A model generated the notes under the pieces. It searched no databases. It saw nothing but the letters and a program-made list of their open reading frames with translations, and was not told where the DNA came from. The translations under genes and the position numbers were made by a program. Below are positions 10,615-20,000 of a stretch of 20,000 nucleotides of DNA, piece by piece. Positions within the stretch are counted from its first letter, which is position 1. Each line of letters starts with the position of its first letter. The DNA is from Chiloscyllium plagiosum (lineage: Eukaryota): assembly GCF_004010195.1 (NCBI RefSeq), contig NC_057719.1, positions 21,751,492-21,771,491 on the forward strand, read 5' to 3'.

Positions 10615-10774
10615 AAACAAACCTTCCAGCTCAGCGAGCTAACTTACAGACTTATCATCAACCTGAGTTACAAATCTTCTCAAAAGTGATTTCAGAACTC
10701 AGTTTAGCACAGACTGGCTGAGCTTTTCCACTCTACTGCTACTTACTGGAGTTATATCGAGGCAAATATCTACT

Positions 10775-11005
10775 AGCATTGGGAGCAGTCCAGAGAAAGT
10801 TAACCAGGCTGATACTAGGTATGACCATATGTACTGAATAGGGCCATTCAACCTCTTGAACCTGAGATGTTGATCTGTAGTCTAACTCCATGCACGCGCT
10901 TTCAGCCCATTTCCCTTAATACCTTTGCTTAACAAAATTTTATTGGACTCAGACTTAAAATTAACAACTGACCTAGTATCCACTGCTGTTCATGGAACAG
11001 AGTTT
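10775..11005. mobile_element. Two small CR1 fragments (10775-10822 plus; ~10823-11005 minus 3' end)
   Basis: gcagtccagagaaagttaaccaggctgata (~VQRRFTRLI), then ggccattcaacc...cccttaatacc resembling a CR1 3' end on the minus strand. Confidence 0.55.
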
Positions 11006-11159
11006 GACTTATTTAAGAAGGATGCTTCCAAATTCTGATCATCGTCCAGCAACCATAGAGGAATCTGCACTTACAGAAGTTGAGCAAGGATTGTATTGTA
11101 GTAAGCTGTGATGTTCACCATGAGGAACAGTTTTCTGGTATTTACTGTCAAGGCTCACA

Positions 11160-11562
11160 ACAAAATCTTGTCTTTCAGTAGTGCTTTTAGCATAATGAAG
11201 CATCCCATGTCATTTCACAGGAATGTCATTTTAACACCAAGCTACTTAAGGTGATACTCGGGCACGTTGACAAAACTTGAGTCTGAGATACGTTTTAAGC
11301 AGAATATTAAGGGACAAACAAAGTAGTAGAGATGGAGATATTTAGAGAATGAATTCAAAGGTTTGGTCCAAGGGAACTGAAGGCATTCAGGCACAATTAG
11401 GATCAGGACTTCAAAGTACATTGTTAGACATGAGTGTTTATCTAATTGTTTTTGGGACGTGTAAGATTAAAGAGATGGGAAGGGCTGAGGTCATGAAGGG
11501 ATTTAAAGCCAGGGTGAGAATTTTAAAATTGATGCACAACATAACTGGGAACAAACGTAGGT
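11160..11562 (-). mobile_element. Degraded L2 LINE 3' portion, interrupted by the PLE
   Basis: Minus strand LFPVMLCINFKILTLALNPF (~LHWLPVxxRIxFKIL), similar to the reverse complement of 1340-1560 and 2100-2200. Confidence 0.65.
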
Positions 11563-11653
11563 AAAACCAATGACTGCAGATGCTGGAAACCAGATTCTGG
11601 ATTAGTGGTGCTGGAAGAGCACAGCAGTTCAGGCAGCATCTGAGGAGCAGTAA

Positions 11654-11690
11654 AATTGATGTTTCGGGCAAAAGCCCTTCATCAGGAATA
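11654..11690 (-). ncRNA. Minimal hammerhead ribozyme in the Neptune pLTR
   Basis: Minus strand reads attc-CTGATGA-a-gggc-tttt-gccc-GAAAC-ATC-aattt. Perfect 4-bp stem II; stems I and III look eroded by CpG decay. Confidence 0.8.
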
Positions 11691-11717
11691 CAGGCAGAGA
11701 GCCTGAAGGGTGGAGAG

Positions 11718-11919
11718 NNNNNNNNNNNNNNNNNNNNNNNNNNNNNNNNNNNNNNNNNNNNNNNNNNNNNNNNNNNNNNNNNNNNNNNNNNNNNNNNNNN
11801 NNNNNNNNNNNNNNNNNNNNNNNNNNNNNNNNNNNNNNNNNNNNNNNNNNNNNNNNNNNNNNNNNNNNNNNNNNNNNNNNNNNNNNNNNNNNNNNNNNNN
11901 NNNNNNNNNNNNNNNNNNN
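11718..11919. other. Assembly gap (202 N)
   Basis: Run of N. Confidence 1.
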
Positions 11920-13870
11920 TCTGCTAGGAGGCGCTCAGTCTCCCCAATGTAGAGGAGACCGCATCGGGAGCAATGGATACAATAAATGATATTAGTGGAT
12001 TTGCAGGTAAAACTTTGATGGATGTGGAAAGCTCCTTTGGGGCCTTGGATGGAGGTGAGGGAGGAGGTGTGGGCGCTGGTTTTACAGTTCCTGCGGTGGC
12101 AGGGGAAAGTGCCAGGATGGGAGGGTGGGTCGTAGGGGGGCGTGGACCTGACCAGGTAGTCACGGAGGGAACGGTCTTTGCGGAAGGCGGAGAGGGGTGG
12201 GGATGGAAATATATCCCTGGTGGTGGGGTCTGTTTGGAGGTGGCGGAAATGTCGGCGGATGATTTGGTTTATGCGGAGGTTGGTAGGGTGGAAGGTGAGC
12301 ACTAGGGGCGTTCTGTCCTTGTTGCGGTTGGAGGGGTTGGGTCTGGGGGCGGAGGTGCGGGATGTGGATGAGATGCGTTGGAGGGCATCTTTAACCATGT
12401 GGGAAGGGAAATTGCGGTCTCTAAAGAAGGAGGCCATCTGGTGTTTTCTGTGTGGAACTGGTCCTCCTGGGAGCAGATCCGGCGGAGGCGGAGGAATTGG
12501 GAATACGGGACGGCATTTTTGCAAGAGTTAGGGTGGGAAGAGGTGTAATCCAGGTAGCTGTGGGAGTCGGTGGGTTTGTAGATGATGTCAGTGTCAAGTC
12601 GGTCGTCACTGATGGAGATGGAGAGGTCCAGGAGGGGGAGGGAGGTGTCAGAGATGGTCCAGGTAAATTTAAGGTCAGGGTGGAATGTGTTGGTGAAGTT
12701 GATGAATTGCTCAACCTCCTCGCGGGAGCACAAGGTGGCGCCAATGCAGTCATCAATGTAGCGAAGGAAGAGGTTTGGAGTGGTGCCAGTGTAATTACGG
12801 AAGATCGACTGTTCTACATAGCCAACAAAGAGACAGGCATAGCTCGGCCCATATGAGTGTCCATTGGTCTGGAGGAAGTGGGAGGATTTGAAGGAGAAAT
12901 TGTTAAGGGTGAGGACCAGTTCGGCCAAACGAATGAGAGTGTCGTTGGAAGGGTACTGTTGGGGACGTCGGGAGAGGAAGAAATGGAGGACTTGGAGGCC
13001 CTGGTCATGGCGGATGGAGGTGTAGAGGGATTGGATATCCATGGTGAAGATGAGGCGTTGGGGGCCGGAAAAACGGAGGAATTGGAGGAGGTGGAGGGCA
13101 TGGGTGGTGTCTCAAACGTATGGGGGGAGTTCCTGGATTAGGGGGAATAGGACAGTGTCGAGGTAGGTAGAAATGAGTTCAGTGGGGCAGGAGCATGCTG
13201 AGACAATGGGTCGGCCAGGGTGGTCAGGCTTGTGGATCTTGGGAAGGAGGTAGAACCGGGCAGTGTGGGGTTCCCGAACTGTGAGGTTGGAAGCTGTGGG
13301 TGGGAGATCTCCTGAGGTGATGAGGTTCTGTATGGTCTGGGAGATGATGGTTTGGTGATGGGGGGTGGGGTCATGATCGAGGGAGCGGTTGGAAAAGGTG
13401 TCATCGAGTTGGCGTTTGGCTTCAGCAGTGTGGAGGTCAGTGCGCCAGACTACCACTGCGCCCCCTTTATCTGCTGACTTGATGGTGAGGTCGGGATTGG
13501 AGCAGACGGAGTGCGGGGCTGCGCGTTGTGAGGGTGGGAGTTTGGAGTGGGGGAGAGGTTGAGGCGGTTAATGTCCTGGCGGCAGTTGGAAATGAAGAGG
13601 ACGAGGGCAGGTAATAGGCCAGCGCAGGGTGTCCAGCTGGACGGAGTGTGTTGGAGCCGGGCGAAGGGGTCCTCGGAAGCTGGGCAGAAGTCCTGATTGT
13701 GAAAGTAAGCTCGGAGGCGCAGGCGGTGGAAGAAGTGTTTGACGTCACAGCATGTATGAAATTCATTGATGCGTGGACAGATGGTGATGAAGGTGAGTCC
13801 TTTGCTGAGGACTGATCGTTCATCCTCAGTGAGGGGAAGGAATGGGGGGATGGTGAAAACTCGGCAGGGC
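11920..13870 (-). pseudogene. PLE RT / GIY-YIG polyprotein, disrupted
   Basis: Pieces lie in ORFs 13450..14088, 13112..13456, 12302..13042 and 11682..12524. In-frame TGA at 13112-13114; frameshifts near 13550 and 12450. Confidence 0.9.
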
Positions 13871-14010
13871 TGAGAGCTGGGTTCTGGTGAGGGTGTGGAG
13901 CTGGGAGTGGGGGAGGAGCCTGTAACTGGAGTGGGTGTGGTGGTGGGGAGAATGGGGGTGGAGTCATGAGCAGGGGTGGTGTTCCCCTCAGGGTTCTGGG
14001 GGGCGGGGAC

Positions 14011-14665
14011 AAATGTACACCAGAGAGCATGCTGGAGATAAGTGGATGACCCTTGCATAAGGATACTGAAATCAGTGTATGGGAACACCTCTAATGTTTA
14101 CAGATGATAGGATATTGGAGACAGGTCAGGAGCTTAGTAGTTAATTCTAGGGGGAACATAAGCACGGATGATGTTATCAGCAGCAAATGGATTGTACAGA
14201 AGTGAAGTCAAGCAATATTATGAGGAAGAAAAAGAAGGTCTTGGTGATAGGTCAAATATATATTTTGAAGCTCATCCAATATGTCAAATAAAGATGCAAA
14301 ACATCTAATTTAATCCAGACTGTTGTCAGGGAGGTGATGCTGTCAGTAGCTAAGCAATAGAGTTTGGAGAAGGGCCAAAATCAATGGCTTTAATCTTTAC
14401 AATACTTAAACAGAAGTAAATTACTGCTCACCAAAGACTGGATGTCTGATAATTTAGTAAGTGCTAAGTAGTCAAAGCAATAATGATGTGATAAAGCCTG
14501 GTGGACATCAATGTGCACGTAGAGACTGAAACTGTACTTTTGAACAAATACAGCAATGAGAAATAGGAAGGGTGTGGACTTGTTGGGCCGAAGGGCCTGT
14601 TTCCACACTGTAAAGTAATCTGTAAAGTAATCTAAAAAGGGGTTAAGGACCATTGATCTTGCAGA
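14011..14665 (-). mobile_element. Degraded L2 LINE, RT region (continues 11160-11562)
   Basis: Minus strand FSLYVHIDVHQ (~FHMYADDTQ) and LSDIQSLVSSNLL (~LSDIQxWMSxNFL). 14640-14662 resembles QGSVLGP. Confidence 0.65.
14570..14636 (+). mobile_element. HE1-like SINE 3' tail only, nested in L2
   Basis: gtgtggacttgttgggccgaagggcctgtttccacactgtaaagtaatctgtaaagtaatcta; aaggg flanks both sides (14568, 14637). Confidence 0.8.
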
Positions 14666-14773
14666 AAACTGGTGACAGGAAATGAAAGGGAACCATTCTA
14701 GCTATGAATCAATTATATGAATGAAATCAGTGAAGTGTAGATTACCTTACTACATGACAGTGCAGGGTTATGA

Positions 14774-14900
14774 GGAGAAAGTGAGGACTGCAGATACTTG
14801 AGATCAGAGTCGAAAGTACAGTGGTGGAAAAGCACAGCCGGTCAGGCAGCATCTGAGGAGCAGGAGACTCAATGTTTCTGGCATAACCTTTCATTGGAAT
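14774..14900 (-). mobile_element. Solo Neptune-type pLTR fragment with decayed HHR
   Basis: Aligns with 11570-11690 (gactgcagat...caggcagcatctgaggagcag...atgtttc.ggca...tcat.ggaat). Confidence 0.8.
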
Positions 14901-15529
14901 ATTGAATGGATTTCCTAAAACAATTGCTGCAGAGAGGTTAAGAAGGAATAAGGAGGAATAGTTTGCCTTTAACATAAAATGTTCCTGCTGAGGACCATTT
15001 TGGAACAGAGCTACTGGCAAAAAATCTGATTGCACTGAGTTTCAGGAGATGGACTTGAGAAATAACAACACATTCATGACCTTATGAGAAGAAATGGCCA
15101 TTAGAACTGGATTAGGTTCAATTACTTTTACTGAAGAAAAGGACAGAAAAAAATGGCAACAGTAGTTCAAAGTGTGATAACTTCCTTAACTTCCTTTTTT
15201 TAAGCACAGTTTTCATCTGATTGTGGGCCTTTGCATCTAGGTTCAGAAAGTGTAACCAGTTCTTTGTCATGACTATTCATTACAGGATGGCAGTCTAACT
15301 ATGTGGCAGTGGAGAGGGGCTTACAACAAAGAAAAGATTATAGTAAGGAAGAGAGGTCCAGAAAGACCCATCTGGGAAATCAGTTTGCAGTTCCTGATTC
15401 TCCATTTATTAATTTAACTCTCGTCAAACGTCACTGATTAATACTCACCTGACCTGGCATCTCACTGAGCACTGTTTCTTCCTGGAAATGCTCTATCAGA
15501 GAATTGGCCCCAGAATCAACATGCAAAGT

Positions 15530-15872
15530 GGGGTGGCACGGTGGCTCAGTGGTTAGCACTGCCCACTCACACCGCCAGGGACCCGGATTCGATTTCAACC
15601 TCTGGCAACTGTCTGTGTGAAGTTCGAACATTCTACTCATGGGTTTCCTCCGGACACTCCGATTTCCTTCCAAAATCCAAAGATGTGCAGGTTAGGTGAA
15701 ATGGCCATGCTAAATTATCCATAGCGTTCGGGGATGTGTAGGCTATGTGCATTAGTCAGGGGAAATGTAGAGTAATAGGGGAGGGGAATGGGGCTGGGTG
15801 GGATACTCTTCGGAGGGTCAGTGTGGACTTGTTGGGCCAAATGGCCTGTTTCTACACTGTCGGGATTCCATG
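15530..15872 (+). mobile_element. Full-length tRNA-derived HE1-like SINE
   Basis: A box tggctcagtgg, B-box-like ggattcgatttc, body gatgtgcaggttaggtgaa and CR1-like tail gtgtggacttgttgggcc...cctgtttctacactgt. Confidence 0.92.
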
Positions 15873-17077
15873 TAAATAAAAACATTTTGCAATTCTTATA
15901 ACTCATCTAGTGAATGCTCTCTAAGACAAAGTCACTACAGATAATCAAGTAGCTTGGCCCTGATCATACACTAACTTTAATGGCAGATAAGTGGAAACAT
16001 AATTGTGTGAATCATGTGCAGACAATCAAGAGAAGACTTTGAGACATTGAACACCTCTTTCCTTGAACAGATAGAAAGATGTAAAATTCCAGAAAGGTTT
16101 AAAAGCATTGTGATATATCAATTTACAACCAGAAAACAGATATGCAACAGGTAAGAGCACACAACAGAAAACCCTTCAGTCCCACAAGCCTCTCCTACAG
16201 TTCTGTTGTGAAGTGATTGACTTGTGTAACAGACCATATCTTTTTCCTGGACTATGGGCTGAAAATGAGTAAAACGGACATTGCTTTAAAAATGGAAATA
16301 TACAAAAAGTTAATTGCAACTTTGGAAAAACAAGTAAGACTAGCTGATGCGTACGAAATAATGGGCTGAATATTCACAATGTTAAGAATTCCAGCTCAGC
16401 CTTTCTCAATGTCAGAATAAACCATTGCCTTCTTTAACTAAGTTCTGGATGTGAAGACAACATTTCTTGCGAAGTAGTGGTAGGCTTGTCCATGAAGTGG
16501 GATGACTGCTTGTTTGTAATTTTATTATCTTCAGATCTTGCCTTAATGTACAACTTTCTATTTTACCATCTGCCACGACCAACTTCGATGTCGAAAAATT
16601 TTGATAAGAAAGTCAGAACTGGTACCTGCCAACTACAGCTTGCCATTTGCTCCAAATGATCTCCACTGAGCACCAACATCTCAAGGCATGCTCCATGAAC
16701 ATCAGCCACACTTCCCTCAAGTTCATAAGCATTGGCATCATTCATGTGCCAGACTCTAAGAATATTCTTGGCACATCTCTGATCCTCTTACAGAACACTT
16801 CTGCTCTTCAATGCTGTACCTGTGTACAACAGCAACTATCATTGTAATGCTGCAGGATAGTTTACTCTCAAGGATATGCATGCAACTCATGGGCTGCATC
16901 TCCAGGTTGCTTGCTTGCTCTCTTAGCACTCCCATACTTTGAATCTACCTGGATACTCACAGAATAATTGTTTTGTCTAGCTATTTTTTTTTAATCTTGT
17001 GTCCACAGCAGAGATACCAGGCTCACAGTATGTCTGTATTGCTGTGCCATTTAGCACTGACGCAAAACCAGGAAGTT

Positions 17078-17662
17078 TGTTACGGTTGCGAGCAGTCTTC
17101 AGTCAAGTAAATCAAGGGCGGTATTTAATACTAATCCAGGGGCTTGGACATGGTCAGTCAACCCACTTGTGGCAATTTGAGTCAGGATCCCCTCCTCATA
17201 AGGGGTGAGGAGTCATTCATCAGGCAGCTACACCCCACCCACCCATCTTGACCCTTTATGTCCAGCTATGGTCTCTCTTCATTTAGTAATGACAGAAAGG
17301 CAAATATTAAGAGCGATGAAGTGAGTGGTCTAGCTGTTCTTTTTGCTGCAGGTTGAGAGTTATCCCATGTAAGTGGATAGGAGCAAAGAGGGCATGCAGC
17401 GTTATAGGGTTTGAGATTGGTGTAGTAAATTAAAAAAATTGTTCTTTGCTGTTATTGTTAAAGTTAAAAGTATTCCATTAAAGAAAGTTTTTATTTTAAA
17501 TTGTCACTGAAAGAACCTGGGGTGGTTTTACTTTCATTCTGGGTAGGAAGTAGTCAGAGACAATTTGGGATCTTTGGTAGTTTTGTTAAATCTTAGTATT
17601 TGTCATAAGCCTGGGAATAGTTCAACTTGATTTTCAGCTTGCTGCACGAGTGAGCTGTGACA
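17078..17662. mobile_element. Possible solo LTR (Gypsy-like)
   Basis: Termini TGTTAC...GTGACA, 585 bp, with internal TATA-like and ATTAAA motifs. No TSD seen. Confidence 0.3.
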
Positions 17663-18004
17663 CCTATACCTTAATTCTACATCTCTACTGTGGGCTTGTG
17701 GCCCTTCAGAACATTACCTGACATCAATCAATCTAAGCTGTGAACATTTCCATTCAACTAACCTCAATTGCTTATTTTTTGGATGGGGGTTAGTGTTCTA
17801 GAAATGTTGGTAAATTTACATTCTTTACAATTCTCTGACAATTAACCTGATTGGACTAAGAATGAAACAAATAGCTCTGAAATCCAGAGTCTATTTGTGT
17901 AATGTTCTCAGCTTGATTCTAACAGGAAGCGCTATATTTCCCATGGGTTACTCTGCTACCTTTGTGGTCCAATTTACTCAGTTCTGGTACCTCAGTCAAC
18001 CTTT

Positions 18005-18180
18005 GGTGGAGGCATCTGTACCAAATCCAAATTAAGTCACACAACACCAGGTTATAGTCCAACAGGTTTATTTGAAATCACAAGCTTTATATATGGATAT
18101 ATGGACGGTAACATTTGACATATGGACTGTGTGACTTCTGACCTTGTCCAACCCAGTCGAACACCGACACCTCCACATCA
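18005..18180. mobile_element. Small inverted-repeat PLE pLTR-derived element
   Basis: gtggagg...aagtcacaca pairs with tgtgtgactt...cctccac. Same family as 3823-3920. The centre is filler DNA. Confidence 0.65.
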
Positions 18181-18223
18181 AATCAGATATTAAATAGAAA
18201 CATCTTTTAGCATTATCCTTTCA

Positions 18224-18739
18224 TTTGGCATGTCCATAAAGACTCTAATGATTTATTATAGATGCACCTCAGCAAGCATTCTATCTGGATGCATCACAGT
18301 GTGGTTTGGTAACAACTCTTCCCAAAACCGCATGAAGTTATAGAGCTGTGAACACAGCCCAGGCCATCACACAAACCAGCCTCCAATCCATTGACTCCAT
18401 TTATACTCCCCATTGCCTCAGAAAAGCATCCAACATTACCAAAGACCCCTCCCATCCCGGTCATACTCTCTTCTACCCTCTTCTGTCAGGCAGAAGATAT
18501 AAAAGTTTGAATATATGCACGAACAGCTTCTTTCATGCTGTAATTAGACTTCTGAACGGGCCTCTCAAATATAATGTTGATCTCTTTCTGCACTTTCTCA
18601 GCAGCTGTAACACTGTGTCCTGCACTCTGTTCTGTTATCCTAATACACTTGTACTGTATGATTTACCTTAAAGCATCAAGACAACACTTTCCACTGTACC
18701 TTGGTACATGTGGCAGTTATAAATCAAATCAAATCAAAT
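18224..18739 (+). mobile_element. Rex1/Babar-clade LINE 3' fragment
   Basis: FGMS...YRCTSASILSGCITVWFGN, TAQAIT...SIDSIYTPHCLRKASNITKDPSHPGHTLFYPLLSGRRYKSL...NSFFHAVIRLLN, followed by an (AAATC)n tail. Confidence 0.85.
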
Positions 18740-19577
18740 TTAAGAGATGTCACCTTGGTAAGTTGGAGATATCTAGTGTTAGACATAATTTTGTTTAGAA
18801 GACCATGCAAGTCTTACTTAGATCATAACAGACAGAAGATGTTTTTCGTATCTTTACCCGAACTCCCAAAAACCTTTTCTCTAAGATGAATATATAAAGA
18901 CTTAGGAGTTATTTACTCAATTTTTAATATCAATTTTCAATATGATTACAAAAACTGTAAATCGTTAATGGAATTTTTTTGGGAAAGAAAAATTCATCAC
19001 ACTAAAAGAGAAGTTAATATAAATTACTGAAGTAATGGAGGATTAAATGTCTTCAAATTTACATTGTAGGCAGTTTGGAATAAATCACAGCTTTGAACAG
19101 TTTTGTTTAGTTTGTTCATCTCATATTTAATTGATGTAGAAGTCTATAATTTGCATTATCCCATGACTACAATGTTGGCGAACCTCCAATCAAATGATCA
19201 GGTTTCAATAAACAAGCATTGCTTTCATAGACTATTTGCCATTTGTATAATTTTGCTCCCATAACTCACCAGCTTTGAATGATTGTTAGACCTTTATATA
19301 AATCTGTTGTTTTAAAAACCTTTGCTTCCTTAGTTTTGAAAACTGTGTACTGCACGTGGCAGATTTATTGGATGTGTGTGGTAACAGGAGCTCTGAAAAG
19401 AAATTTTACACAAATATTATTACCTTGCCACTTGAAGCAGATTGCTCAATCTGCTTCTGATCCCATTCCAGCCTCTGTCACAAAGTAACAGAAGGAACCA
19501 AGCTGTTGACAATAGAATTAACCCAATGGTTTCAGGTCCCTAAAATTTTTATTTTCAATGGTGGATATTTCCTCTCT

Positions 19578-20000
19578 GACAATAGACAATAGGTGCAGGA
19601 GTAGGCCATTCTGCCCTTCGAGCCTGCACCACTATTCAATATGATCATGGCTGATCATCCTTAATCAGTATCCTGTTCCTGCCTTATCTCCATAACCCTT
19701 GATTCCACTATCCTTGAAAGCTCTATCCAACTCTTTCTTAAATGAATCCAGAGACTGGGCCTCCACTGCCCTCTGGGGCAGAGCATTCCACACAGCCACC
19801 ACTCTCTGGGTGAACAAGTTTCTCCTCATCTCTGTCCTAAATGGCCTACCCCGTACTTTTAAGCTGTGTCCTCTGTTTCGGCACTCACCCCGCAGCGGAA
19901 ACATGTTGCCTGCCGCCAGAGTGTCCAATCCTTTAATAATCAGATCCCTTCTCAGCCTTCTAAACTCAAGGGTATACAAGCCCAGTCACTCCAGTCTTTC
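19578..20000 (-). mobile_element. CR1 LINE 3' end (third subfamily); runs off the window
   Basis: ORF 19665..19979(-) YTLEFRRLRRDLI...RGHSLK...FTQRVVAVWNALP...FKKELD, with tail gacaatagacaatag. Confidence 0.93.

Larger units (their letters stand above)
10066..10689 (-). mobile_element. Poseidon-type PLE 3' fragment (GIY-YIG plus pLTR) with an inverted second pLTR and a 14-bp TSD
   Basis: ORF 10372..10578(-) reads NVVYKIPCKNSKKKHYIGQTSRKLATMIHEYQLA. About 10069-10161 is the reverse complement of about 10554-10646. tttcagaactcagt occurs at 10052-10065 and 10690-10703. Confidence 0.92.
11563..14010 (-). mobile_element. Neptune-type Penelope-like element, 5'-truncated: RT, linker zinc finger, GIY-YIG, gap, pLTR
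   Basis: VLSKGLTF, (S)ADKGGAVVVW, FYLLPKIHK...GRPIVS, MDIQSLYT, GPSYACLF, RYIDD, YKPTDSHSYL, PLVLTFHP, PCHRRNCKTS, IIYCIHCSRCGLLYIGET. The pLTR lies at 11563-11717. Confidence 0.95.

Noticed and set aside
11580..11952. ORFs spanning N runs (also 88-583)
   Set aside because: Open only because of assembly gaps.
12302..13042. Prokaryotic RT system (retron/DGR/group II intron) or telomerase
   Set aside because: Motifs, the GIY-YIG fusion and the HHR-pLTR identify a Penelope-like element.
11973..13141. Plus-strand ORFs of 94-134 aa
   Set aside because: Antisense shadows of the GC-rich PLE ORF.
15530..15602. tRNA gene
   Set aside because: The A/B boxes are the head of a SINE and run straight into the SINE body; no complete cloverleaf.
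16150..16240. Possible very old CR1 3' remnant (also ~17690-17800) and pLTR remnant (~4825-4900)
   Set aside because: Similarity too weak to support by eye.
16450..16900. Short ORFs, possibly an old TE or exon
   Set aside because: No motif I could assign on either strand; left unannotated pending a similarity search.

Overview
Eukaryotic, repeat-dense genomic DNA, most likely from a cartilaginous fish (shark), inferred from HE1-like SINEs and HER1/CR1-like LINEs. No intact host protein-coding gene, rRNA, true tRNA or CRISPR array is supported. The window is a mosaic of decayed retroelements. These are one near-full-length CR1 LINE (esterase ORF1; APE+RT ORF2), many CR1 3' fragments, two L2 relics, a Rex1/Babar 3' end, tRNA-derived SINEs and at least eight Penelope-like element (PLE) pieces from several families. 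The most notable signal the ORF track misses is a set of minimal type-I hammerhead ribozymes (HHR) in the PLE pseudo-LTRs (pLTRs): clear cores at 22-61(-), 10575-10614(+) and 11654-11690(-), plus decayed copies. There are also inverted-pLTR elements (one with a 14-bp TSD) and a conserved branched hairpin 3' of one HHR family. The PLE-HHR association is already known, so any novelty lies in these families and structures. Family names come from motif recognition, not database searches. Two N gaps (168-310, 11718-11919) hide parts of PLEs.
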